Positions 22,045-34,330 of a stretch of 64,000 bases of DNA are shown piece after piece. Made by a program: the position numbers and the translations under genes. The DNA lies in the NCBI RefSeq assembly GCF_041146345.1, contig NW_027191406.1:1178001-1242000 (forward strand), read 5' to 3'. Below the pieces are notes generated by a model. It did not search any database. It saw only the letters and a list, made by a program, of their open reading frames with translations, and was not told the origin of the DNA. Each line of letters opens with the position of its first letter. Within the stretch, counting starts at the first letter, position 1. This DNA is from Neodothiora populina (Eukaryota).

Positions 22045-24296
22045 ATGAACGGGTTCAGTAGTAGTAGTTTTGCCCATCAAGCTCAAACCCCCCTCCCCAT
22101 AATACTTTACAAGCCCCGAGAGGCTTTGCGACGAACAGGCAGGAGCACGACGATCGATCCGCTCGGCCCGTCGCACCTCGTCTTGTCTCGCTCTCGAACA
22201 ATGAACATACGGGAGCTGTGCGACGCGATTGCTCACTCCATCTCGCAAAGTCTCGCGCAAAGTTTCCAGTCTGGTCGAATTGGTCAGAGTGATAATGTGC
22301 TGAGGGTGTTTGGTGCTGTGGGAGCAGGAGGAGGAGGAGGTGGTGGTGGTGATGGTGATGTGGCGGGTACTTCTGCGGCTGCTGCTTCTGTCGACTTTGT
22401 ATGTTCCCAACGCCCCTCTGCTGTCGCTCCGCCCCAATCACGTCTTGTTGATCAACGACTTTTGTAAATTCCACCTGTGCTCACATTTTATCTTTGCCTC
22501 TGATAAGGGTAGCTTCGATATCTCCGGTCTTGGGCGGGAACAAGAAGCTGATGCGCCCAGTGCTGAGGCTGCCTCTGATTCGCATGCCAGCGAAAGAGAG
22601 GAGTCGTCTATTTCGGCTACTGAAGAACAACAGCAGCAGGAGGCACAGCAGTATCAGCAGCAGCATAGTATAGTCTCAGCTTCAGCTTCGGCTCAATCAA
22701 CGAGGCTGAGAACGAGACGAGTACTCACTCGATACGATGAATCTGACAGTTCAGAAAAAACCAAACGCAGGAAACTAACGGGAGGTCTGCGTCTCGTTCC
22801 AGGGAACGGTGCAAGTACACCTGAAGAATATGAAGAGCCTGAACCAGTCCTAGGCAGGCGCCTCCAGCCAAGCTCAAGGTTGCCGCAGAGAAAACTGCCT
22901 GGCAAAGACGAACCGGCAATGAAACCCTCCACACTGAGCAAACTCATCGTTGGCATCTGGGAGCAGATATTCAGTAGTATTAGCTTTGACATGAGTGCCG
23001 TTGCCGAAGAATGGCATGATCAAGGTCTAATCACTGAAGAGACAAGCAGCGCAGGCACTTCCCCAGCAGCTGCGAATATAGTACCACGCACGGCGAACCG
23101 GGCGTTCAGCCAGATGAATGTCTTGTGCCGCAAAATCAGCCAGGCAAGTCGTGTGAGTCGCGCGCTCGAGGTCATAGTGCAAGCCAGGTGGATAGAGCAC
23201 TTTGACGACCGCACGCAGACCATTCTCAGGGGAAGCGGTAGCGTCACACTGACAAGAGCGAAAATGACTGCGTTGGCCGAAGCATGCCGAGACTTTGGTT
23301 GGACTGAAAAGGAGCTACGCAATAAAATGTAAGTAGATATCGATTTACCAAGAGCAAACAATGCTGACGCAGACAAGGGCTATCTGGCGCGGCTATCAAC
23401 AAATCAAAGAAGAAGGCGGCTGGGTCTGTTTGGTGTTTGCCGGCATGGGCATCTACCGCTTCTGCAAATATCGTGTCGAGTTCACAGCCGAGGCCATGCA
23501 AACCATCAGACGGCTGAGATCGCGTTTCGAAGTCGCCGCAGACACATTGCATCCTCGCTGGCGGGAGATGCTGTCCATCGTCGACGCCGCCTCGCCGCGG
23601 CTCTACACCGGCCATCCCCACGACTGGGTTGTGTCTGACTACGAAGAACCCGTGCCCCTCGCACAAACCTATCTAGAATGGGATCCCAACTTCACATTCA
23701 CGCACCTGGACACATCCGTCGTCGACGTGCACGCCTGGGGAGCATCAGACCCACGCCTGATAACATCACAAACCTACAAGAGCACCTACGTCTGCCACGT
23801 GTGCGCCGAGCACCAATCCGACGACGCAGCGGAGAACGCCTGTCGCTGTTTCCCGAACCTCTTCGGAAGCAGCAACATGACGCCCGCCCCGGTCCAAGTC
23901 TTCCGCACGCGCAACGGCAAGAACAACGGCCTCATAGCGTGCTGTCCCATCGAGCGCGGCACAGCCATCGGCGAGTTCCTTGGTCTCGTGACGAAAGGCC
24001 TCGAAGGCGTCGACGTCATGCAGGCCGCAGCCGAGCAGGGTCGCTATCAGATCTGGCAAGGCCGCGAAGGTAACCATACCAAATTCGCAAATCACTCGTG
24101 CAGACCCATGGCGCAGTTCGAGCGCTTCGTGTGGATGGGCACCGAGCGATGGATCCTCGTGTCAAAAGGCATAGAGGCTGGCACGGAGATTACAGTCGAC
24201 TACTCGGATTCGTATTGGCATAATCTGGAGAAGGTGTGCTTGTGCAACGAGGCGTGCTGCAGATTCAAGGACAAGGGCAGGGTCAGGAGTATATGA
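22045..24296 (+). CDS. SET-domain protein (putative lysine methyltransferase) with uncharacterised N-terminal region (~697 aa)
   Basis: Exons 22045-22398, 22508-23328 and 23378-24296 in frame. SET motifs KNNGLIA, IGEFLG, KFANHSCRP, EITVDY; post-SET CLC...CC. The start exon is less certain. Confidence 0.82.
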
Positions 24297-24629
24297 ATCT
24301 GCAAAGGGGCATTTGTCAGAAAAACTAAAATTGAGGCAAGGAAGAAACAGGTCTTTTTGATTCTCGGATTGTCTGTGTGTCTGTATATGAAGTCCAAACG
24401 ATTGACGGTGGAAGAGACAATGAAGTCTTCTTCTCGCAAGTACAAGTAGATATATTTGATAATCGGCAGCATCAGAAAAGAACACTCGATGGTCGCGCGC
24501 GCGCCGACACTTCAACACGGTGTGAAAAGAATGATTGTCCATCTCCACCCTCTTCGTTCCCATCCGCCACAACTGCTTTCATGGTCGACCGACAGGCCAT
24601 CACCACGTCTCGCTACCAGACAAAAACAT

Positions 24630-25963
24630 CTAGCAGGCAGCGCCAGAGGGAATACCCTTGCACTTGCTCGACTTCTTACCACCAGTGACGGAAACGCCGC
24701 TCCAGGTCCAGCTACTGCAAGACGCGCAAAGGATATAAACCTCAGTGGCATCGCTCGCGACCGAACCAGTGACACCGCTAAGCGTAAGATCGGTGACGGG
24801 AACACCAGAGGTAGGGATACCAGTGGGCGAGCCGTTCTCGTAATCTTGCTCGATGACGACGCCGTAGTCGGTGATTCCGCTGAGAGTGATGTCCTTGTAG
24901 GTCACGTTCTTGACTGTGCCGGTCTCGCCGCTGACGGTCTTTATGCGTACGCCGTTCGCGCTGTTCTTGATGATGTTGTTGTAGATGTACACGTTCTCGA
25001 CCGTGTTGTCGCTGCGGCCGCCGACGGAGCCGATGGAGAGGCCGTGGCCGCCTGAGCAGGTGCCGCCGGTGAAGGTAATGTAGGTGCCCGAGTTTACGGC
25101 GAGGCAGTCGTCTTGGTTCTGGTAAGGGGTTAGCGATTTGCGAGGGGGAACTGGGGCTGGCACGATCGGGGGGATGCTTACCTGGACGTTGGCGTTGTTG
25201 ATGGTAATGTAGGTGCTGTCACCGACATCGAAGGCATCGGTGTTGTGAGCAAGAGCCTTGCCGCCGGACAGAGCATCACCGGCGGAGTTATCGATGGTGA
25301 TCGAGTCAAGAGTCTACAAAGGATATCAGTTCCTTATGACAAGCAAGCATCTTCATTGATACAGAAGGGAGACTTACAAGGTGGTCAGAGCCATCAATAG
25401 AGAAGACCTGCACAGGCGAGTTGATGACCTTGATGCTGGAGATGGTGCTGTCGATCATGTCGTGCGCATAGAAGAACTTGGGCTTGGTCTTTCCTCCGTT
25501 GCCACCCTTGGTGTCCCAGTACTTTGAGCCTTGGCCATCCAGCACGGCGCCACTGGCTCCCTTGACGGTGAGGGAAGTTCCGCTGATGGACAGCAGAGGT
25601 CCATCCCACTCCTTGTAGCCAAAGGTGGTAGTGCCCTCGAAGATGACAGTGGTGCCCTTGTTGAGCTTGGTCAAGTCAAGAGTGGTTCCTGTAAGATATG
25701 TTAGGAGGTGATGCTCTTGATGGGCGTTACACGAGTCACTCGAGCTTACCAGATGGGACGGCAAGGGCGCTAAGAACGATGGTCGCGCAACTGGCCTTGG
25801 ACTTGATGGCAGCAGCAGCACCACCAGAGCCAGAGAAAGTGCAAGTAGTAGCGCGGTCCTCGAGTTTAGCAGGAGCAGTAGGGACAGGGGCAGCGGCGGG
25901 GGCAGCGAAGACACCTGCTGCAGCACCAAGGATGCTGGCAAGCGCCAACTTTGTCATGATCAT
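24630..25963 (-). CDS. Secreted endopolygalacturonase (GH28) (~381 aa)
   Basis: Exons 25963-25750, 25688-25378, 25313-25182 and 25118-24630. Signal and propeptide ending LEDR; catalytic motifs [25 protein letters not shown]. Alternative ATG at 25957. Confidence 0.95.
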
Positions 25964-28900
25964 CTTGAAGTAGAAGTGGATAGAATGAGAGTTGGGCAGA
26001 GAAAGTGTGTGAGAATGAAAGTGCTAAACGAGGCCTGCTCGAGTGTTGATGGGTTGAGAAAACAGTATTCGAGATGGGAGCAGACTCGAGGATACTTATA
26101 CAACTTCAGGATAGCACTTACGGTATATCACGAGCTTGACATCTATCTACTTTACCGTGCCATCCGCCGAGCAGCGGCTTGTTGGACAAAGAACTTGCGC
26201 TTGAGGCGGTCTCATGTGCATTGCTGCCGGCACGGAGATGAGTCCAGGTGCTGCGAATACGTATGCTCGAATGCTTCAAGCGGGTTGTAGGCAGAGAAGG
26301 TTTGTAGAGAAAACCAACTCCCCCGCAAATTAAATAGGCCAAGCTTCGCTAAGCGTTGTCAAGCCTCGGTCTGTTCTTTTAGTCGACGCTATATTGGAAA
26401 CATGCTAAGTGTTACATCAATTGCATGGGGCGCATACCGTGAGCCTTCTAGACTTGAACATTAATGAACAGAGGGGCCAGCGCCATTGTTCTAGATGTGT
26501 CTGTTTCACTGTCAATCACTCGTGTATCGAGCACATCAGTATCTCTTCACTATGCGCTACTTTGTTGTCCAAACCAGCTGCCTATTCCAGCGCCATTGGC
26601 GCCGCTCGCATTCTATTCTATAATCAAGTCGCATTTGGCTGTGTGTCTATTCCTATACAGCGGGTTTATTCGCATCTTTGCAAAGTGTCAACCTACTCCA
26701 CGCTATCCTAATGACGTTCGTACTATCTTTTTCTTTTTGGTCAAGTGAAGCAATCTCATTGCTAGGACTATCATTGCGGACATGTAACCGTTCTCGTACG
26801 AGTATACCGGAACTGTTGGCTACGAGATTATTCTCGTACTCGCTTTCAGTAGACTAGCATGATCTGCACCGGTATCCGCAGGCACACGCAAGTCAGGAGC
26901 AATCAAGGAACATGGTATCGCGTGGACGGGCCGCAGTAGACGAGGGAGGTGTGGGACCTGGTCGGGATGATAGTGTCCTGATTGATGATTCGTCATGCTC
27001 ACCGAGTCCAGCCATATCGATTATAGTTTTCGAAATTCGTAGTAACTGTAGCAAGCGCTTTTCATCTCTGCTGTATATACTTGATATCTAGCGTGCAGTA
27101 GGGAAGTAGTGTGTATACAGGTGTATGCAAAAAACTTCGAAGACCGCAGGTACCGCGGGTGACCTGCATAGCCAGCTTCACTAAAGCCCACCTTATAGTG
27201 GTACCTTGTGAGATACAAAATCGGAGGTACAGCGCATCCATAGACGTCAAATGATAGATAACTCGCTCAGCGCTAGTTGATTCCCTATAGTGCTCCCCTG
27301 ACTAAGCTTGTTGTTAAAGCGGAAGTGCAGAATAAATGCCTTCTCCGCCCCTGATGTCTTTGAACGGCCCTAATTTGTGAACTCCATATTGCTGAGTACC
27401 GTATAGTGTCCACACCTCGCATAAGAATGATTGATGAAAAGACCACTTACTTTTGACTATTGGCTTGGCCTAGCCCAAGTACAAAACTTGATCGTGTCGC
27501 GTTTATGTATAGTGTTGTAAGTATAGTGCTGCGAGACGTCCGAGAGTGAATTACGTACATTGAGCGACCCCAACTTTGAATCTAGGTCATAAGATGGGGT
27601 TTTCACCTACTCTAGTAATCTATACCTCTTCTATCCATAGACGAGTCGGCGACATGCGGATGGACAATCCGACCTGTGTAAACGCGCTGTCGTGGACCAA
27701 ACACACCACGCAATGAACGAAGTCATCAACTCTATGCTCTTACAAGAATCTGTTGCCCGTCCTTGATGTGTATCTGAGCATGGTTGATCTAGACGTACCT
27801 TCGATACTATCTGACCTGCAGCCAAATGTTCAATCACATTGCGCCACGGACAGATATACTCCTCGAAATGATCAGATGATTTGGACCTTCGTTAGACGAT
27901 GCAGAATACACTTCACACTAAATTGTGGCGTTCGTGATACACAGGTTCATGCTGTCAAGTATTATTGCTCGCCATGCCACGTTGACGCGAACCTATCTTT
28001 AATGCCTGTTCAGAAGCCATTGGACACAAGTAGGCCTTGGGGTACAGTCCTGCAGGAGATTGTATGGGCACACCACGGCCGCTACAGCACAATCCTGATA
28101 TAGGTGACGAAGACCTCACATGATTTGTGGATAATCTTGTCCTTCCTCAGAGTACGTATCTTGTGAAGCTGTCCTCCTGTTTCAAGTAGTATTTTGTCAA
28201 TCTGTGTATATACATCCTGGTTTGAGAGATCCTACACTGTCAGTTACAGGGGAGGATTTCTCGTCGCCTTGTACGCAGGGGTCCATGTCTACAATTAGTA
28301 GAGTGGCTGTAATCATAGGCAGAAATTCAAGAACACCATGTCGGCTTCCTTGCATTCGCATCGACTGTTGGGCGGTTGCTGAGTTGAAATTTGCAGCCGA
28401 ACGTGGACGCAGACTTCAATTGCATGTCCCAGATCCAGTTAAAGATGTACCAGACAGCTTCTCCGTCACCCGTTAAGTCAGCAGATTTGTCGACAGAACG
28501 GTAGATGATGCAAACAGCACAATTAGCGGCACAAACTGCAGCAGAAAGCCATGACTAGATAAGAGAGGAGCGCAAGCTTGATATAAGACACTGTCCAGTG
28601 GTACGGAATATCTCTTGATGGGCTGTTACAAGGCATGATGGGATGTCATAACATCACCACTCTACTGATTACTGAAACTGCCAGAATCTATTGCGTCATG
28701 TGAATGGCAGCTAGATCGAGATTCTGCGTCTTTTCAGTCGACGGGTTGCAAGAAGCGATAGAAATTGTACCTTTTCGTATTGGTGCCTACATGTAGGAAG
28801 GACTCGCGAGGAGCGAGTGATACGCTTCGACTTGTCAATGTCAATGAAAGAAGTGACGGTTGGGAGGGGAAGACTCTTTCCCCCGTGACGCTAACACACT

Positions 28901-31900
28901 CTGGACCATTACCATTTTTGTGTCTTGTTTTGAGAAACATCTGGACTCAGTACATGTACCTGACGAGACGAACTTCGTGACAACACAGAAAAGATTGTTG
29001 CACCAATCTGATCGCTGAGTCTGCAAAGCATGGAATGTCGCATTGAAAAGTACTCTGATTCTAACAAACTCAACGAGACAGTAAATCGCGGCAGGCGCTG
29101 AAGACACGCCGTCGCAACATTCGGGACAGATAATCATGCGACCAGACGAGACCAACGTCGCTAGCACCTGAATGATATCTCAATCTCGGATTTTGACTTC
29201 GTCACCCCGTCACGGATATTCTCCGACAGTACTATGGTACAACAACGGCACGGGGCGCGCCGGATAAAACCACCGTCTATGCAGGTCATGAAACAACCAC
29301 ACCTTTGCAACAAATTGCGTCTCGAGCCCCTGACGGAGTCGTGAGTGGGGCGCAAGAGCGATTTACGGAAAGACCACGCGACCGAGGAGCTTTAGCGGTG
29401 GCCGGACCTTACTAGCTTGCGACTCCGGCCATGAATGAGACTTAGTGGAGACTATATCCACTTGGAAGCTGCATTTACTTATCACTGGACTTTCTGGTAC
29501 AATTAGGCGGCGATACGATGACGGAAATGGATCAGAGATAATGTCTCACTCTATTGTGGTGACAGCCGACTCCTGAGCGACGAGTGAATCTACGATGGCT
29601 TTTAGCGCGGCAAGCTCTATCAGCATTTCGATAGGGTCAAATTGTGATATCGCACAAAACCGCGCCTCCCGTCATATCGTACTGAGTATCACAATGGGCA
29701 GATCGAAGGTGTACTGATATATGATGGGTATTGTGCGGTACGATATATGCTGGACCATCGGCAGGTCTTATCTGAGCCTGTACCTGTGTACCAGTATGTT
29801 GTCTGTTCAACCGCCATCTCTGGCAGTCGCTACCCGGTGCCTGGATCCTGGGCTCCGTACTATAGCGGGGGCGACTAATGGCTATGGCGAAGACCGCGTG
29901 TGAGCTCTTGTCACACCCCTCACGACAGCAAGGTCATGCTCCAGGTGCAAGTGGATCAAGATCTGCTGTTATGGCTACCCCAGCCTCCGTACCGAGGGCA
30001 CAATACAAGTACATTATTGTATGACTGGCATAGCACAACCAGAACAATCGAAAGGATCTCGGGCGGACGTCATGTATATCATCAACTGTAGATCATTAGG
30101 TCTACCAATACAAAGGAATCCGTTTTAGTCATTAATCATCCACCGAGTAGTCATTAACTAATTATTGGAGATGATGTACCATTTGCCGAGCACTTATGAA
30201 CTAGTTACTGAAGTACCGTCGACTTTCGATTAGAGTCTGGCCAACTGTTCATGGAAAATTCATCGACTAGTCAACAGAGAGTCATTAACTGTGCACTTGG
30301 AAATCATTGACTAAGAACGATGAAGCTACTTTGCAGTCTGATGTCTATTCTGCCAGTCGCCGTATTCCGGTCGTGTAGCAATATTGAAAGATAGAGCAGT
30401 CATGAGCCACAGATCATTATTTGTATCCGTGAAACACATACTGCTGGAGTCATTCGACGATCAACCCTCGGATCATTGCATATTTCGAAGGCTGTAAGCA
30501 GATTGTGCGCACTTAACTTGTGTGTCACTATCACATAGTCCCACTTTCGCAACGGGACCACATGTCTACAACACGCGAGAGCTGTTAAAGGAATGTTGCA
30601 TATCGTCTTAGCTGCTCCAAGCCGATGATCATGGTAGAACGCGTGGTTGCATTACTCTTGCACATTGGTACAGTCAAACGGTGTTGCAGTAGAGCTCGTC
30701 TTCTCCACCAGTCCACGTATGAGTGGGCGACTTGTTCGTATGCGACTGCCTTGTGATTCTCGGGACTCTTGTGACCATGGGCCCATCATGCAAGCACGTT
30801 ATTGCTACGACCGCTGATGGAAGACAATTATCGACTATTCGTTGCAATCCGGGGGAGTGATTCAGATATTAAGCGAAGTGAAATCAAAAAGCGAGGAGGC
30901 GGGGATGATTCACCGTCTGGGACGGCGCAACGGTCCGTCGCGCGTTGAAAATACGAGTTTATTGACCTCACACAGTAACTTAGGTCAAGTAAGACACTTC
31001 ATGACATGCACAAGTGTGGATTTATTTGATTTTGTGGGTTTGTGGGACACGAGATCCTTCTCTCCAGACCCGGTTTTGACTGCCACGCTTGTACAGTAGG
31101 CTCATGCAGGCGAGTTTTCGCCATCCTGACCTGGCGATCACGCTACACAACGTGAGTAATTGAAGGACTTCCAGCAGCCAGAGGTAAGCATAAGAGTGAT
31201 TACGAACTTTTTATGATCGTCGTTAGACTCAGGATCGAAGTATGAATTGTCTGTCCTTCCACCGGGCGACAAATGCGATCAACCGTAGACGTACGAATAG
31301 CCCACAGAAACATGATTGCCGCCAAGCGCAAATCTCTGGAGTATCTCGCTATCAATGGACAATCAGTGGACCCTCATCTATAGTATCAAACCCAAGTTCC
31401 CGGGTACTGTAGAATATGGCAAGACGAAACGAAAACGCTTCTCAACGATTTATACACTAAAAGATTCACAAGCGGCGAATATGCATGCTCTCTGTTCCTC
31501 TATGACATTACCGTGGTTATAGCAATATACCTTGCTTGACGTACGATTCTTGCCTATCATTGACGCCACTCGGCTTGATCCTCTACCTTCCTCGAAGTAC
31601 CGTGCATAAGCGCGAGAAAAAGCTCCTAGCACCAACACCAAGTGGCTTGCCATCGAAGTACTACTGGTTCTAGTTGCAGCGACCGATCGAAACGCGTCTT
31701 TGACATGCGCCTCTAAACCGCGTGCTGTACTAGAGAAGTGGATCGTGGTGGCTTGGTCTGCATCAGAAACCCCTGTTTTATGCGGGGCTGCTGTATGGCC
31801 AACGTCTCCATTCCCACCATAGACCAGGTCCGTCCATACACCTTGCATGACGAATATGCTGCTATTGACACACCAATCCATCATCTGCACGTAATGTGAA

Positions 31901-32288
31901 ACTAGCATATGTGACCTTGAGCTGGGGGCTAAGGACAAGGGTCTGAACCCACAGTGACTCTGCATGTGCCGCGGAATGAATCTACTGGTCCGTTCCATCA
32001 TGCAGTCTTGTTTGCCTTCACTAGGTCTCACGTATCGAGTGCCACTGGGAGAATGATTCTCGTCAATGTGATACAAACGTGATTTTGATATCATTTATGG
32101 TTGCTATGAGCACAGAAGGAGAGTATGGTAAATCTGTGAATTAGGATACAAGTGCGACTGTTTGTTATGATAACCTTGACGCCTGTGCTCCAATTGGCCC
32201 GCACCGTCGTAAGCGATTGAAGTAACTCATGTAGCCGATAAGGCGAATATAGAAGGAGTAGAAGAAAGGTGCCTGTCAGGCGTGTGAT

Positions 32289-34330
32289 CTAGCTGCGGCG
32301 AATGTACAAAACAACCCATCCGAGCAGCCTGTAGGCGGCAATAATGCCAAGGAGGATGCCAACCCACTTGCCCGTATCGTCGGTACCATAGCCATACTGC
32401 TTCAGCACAGCGGTTCCGCGGATCATGCATTGGTCTTGAAGGTCTGACTCGTACATGCATAGGCAGCCATTAGGAGCCCGCTCATCCTTTGGGCAAGAGT
32501 AGTCACGATAGCCAAACTCATTGACCATCATACCTTGGAAGACGTAGCTTTGGTAGTCGATGAAATGGAAGACATACTTCCAGAAGGGGTTGAGACTGTT
32601 TGGCGCAACCATGAATCCACCAACAGACATCCACAGACCGTTGGCAAAGGCGGTTCCAGCCAGTGCGACAACAAAGATAGGGATGACCGAGGAGATGAGT
32701 ACGACAAGTGATTCGGCAGCAAGCAGATCCAGGAAAAGCCACATGATCCAGCTGAAGAATGCACCAGCAGTAGGGCGGAAGTTGCTGAGCCAGTACCCAA
32801 CGATGGAGAACAGCAGAGAGATCAAGAATAGATAAGGAAGGCCAGTAATGAAATTGGCGACAATGAATGAAGTTGGGCCGTACAGGCCGTTAGCACGCTC
32901 TTTCATGAAGATTGCTCGATCCTCGAGGAACGCTGGTATGTAGGCGACAGCCATGAAAGACATGAAGGCGCCTCCGAAGAAGATGGCGTTGATGAAAGCC
33001 TGAATGTTGCCCTGGGTAGGACTAAGGCGGAGCCAAATTGTTCCAACCATGATAGCCAGAGCCAAGTACATGGCAATACGGATGCCGTAAGCAATGATAT
33101 CTCTGTATGACTTGATGAACGAGCGATGAATGAGAGCCATGATGATGGCGAATGAACCAGCAGAGGCATCGTTGGCATACTGACCGACGTCTGGATTCAT
33201 AGAACCGCGTGCCACTTCGTCTGTGAGCTCAGTAACTGTGGCACATGCCAGACGTGATTTCGTCCAGGAGGAGTGCACCATCTGCAGTTGGGCATCCACC
33301 TCGCATCTGTCACGTGCAAAATCGGTGTTCACAAAATCGATGATGAATTCGGCTGGATTCATGTAAAGGGGGATTGGAAAGCCGCAGGCGTCGAAGTAAG
33401 GCTGGACCTCAGCGACTGGTCCGCTGTATGCTGTTGCGCCTTGAGAAAGAAGAAGGAGCTTGTCAAACATGGCGAAAGTTGAAGTGGACGGTTGATGGAT
33501 ACTTGAGATGACGATCAACTAGAGATATGTCAGGAAGGCAGTGGCATTCGGGAAGCTAGATGGCTCACGTTGTGTTTCTTCGCAATGTCCTTAACGAAAG
33601 AGATGACCTCAAAGGAGGCTGCAGAGTCAAGACCGGAAGTGGGCTCATCCAAGAACAAGAGCTTAGGGCTGGTGATCAGTTGCGCTGCAACACTAACACG
33701 GCGTTTCTGACCACCTGAGATGCCTTTACGGATTGCAGTGCCAATTAATGTGTTTGACTGCCCCTGAAGACCGAAGGCTGTGATGAGAGCTTCGATACGA
33801 GCGATACGCTCGGCTTTATCAATGTCACTTGGGAGCGAGAGGCGAGCCGCGAAGCTCAGAGTTTCTCTGACTGTCAAGGAGCCGACCAGCGCATCCTCCT
33901 GCTCGACATAGGCGCTGATTCTGCGAAATGTCTTTGGGTTTGCAGGAGTACCGTTGATGTAGATGTTGGCCTTGATGTCTGCACCAAGCACTGAGTGTCG
34001 ATGTGCTAGAACATTTAACAAAGTAGACTTGCCAGAACCACTGCACCTGTCAGTCATAACATATGTGTGCGAAGCATGTAATTCTACTTACGAAGGTCCC
34101 ATAAGAGCAAGAAGCTCGCCTGCCTTGACGACACCATTGACATCGTTAAGAAGAGTTTTAGGCTGCTGGGTCTGACGATCTTTGACGGTAACTGTAACAC
34201 CCTTCCAGGCAAAGCTGCCTATGTTGGTGTTGGTGAGTTGGGCGTAGTCGCCTCCGATCATCTTCTCAACATCGGACATCTCCGAGTAGCTTTTACGCTC
34301 TGCCCGCTCGGCAGGCTCAATGACTTGCAT
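32289..34330 (-). CDS. ABCG (White-type) half transporter, NBD-TMD (~646 aa)
   Basis: Exons 34330-34092, 34040-33569 and 33518-32289. Walker A GPSGSGKS, signature ISGGQKRR, Walker B LFLDEPTSGLD, SIHQP, NPAEF, hydrophobic TM segments. Start could be 34279. Confidence 0.93.

Noticed and set aside
31450..32094. 214-aa minus-strand ORF downstream of ABCG
   Set aside because: No motifs or typical coding composition; cannot be supported without expression or homology data.
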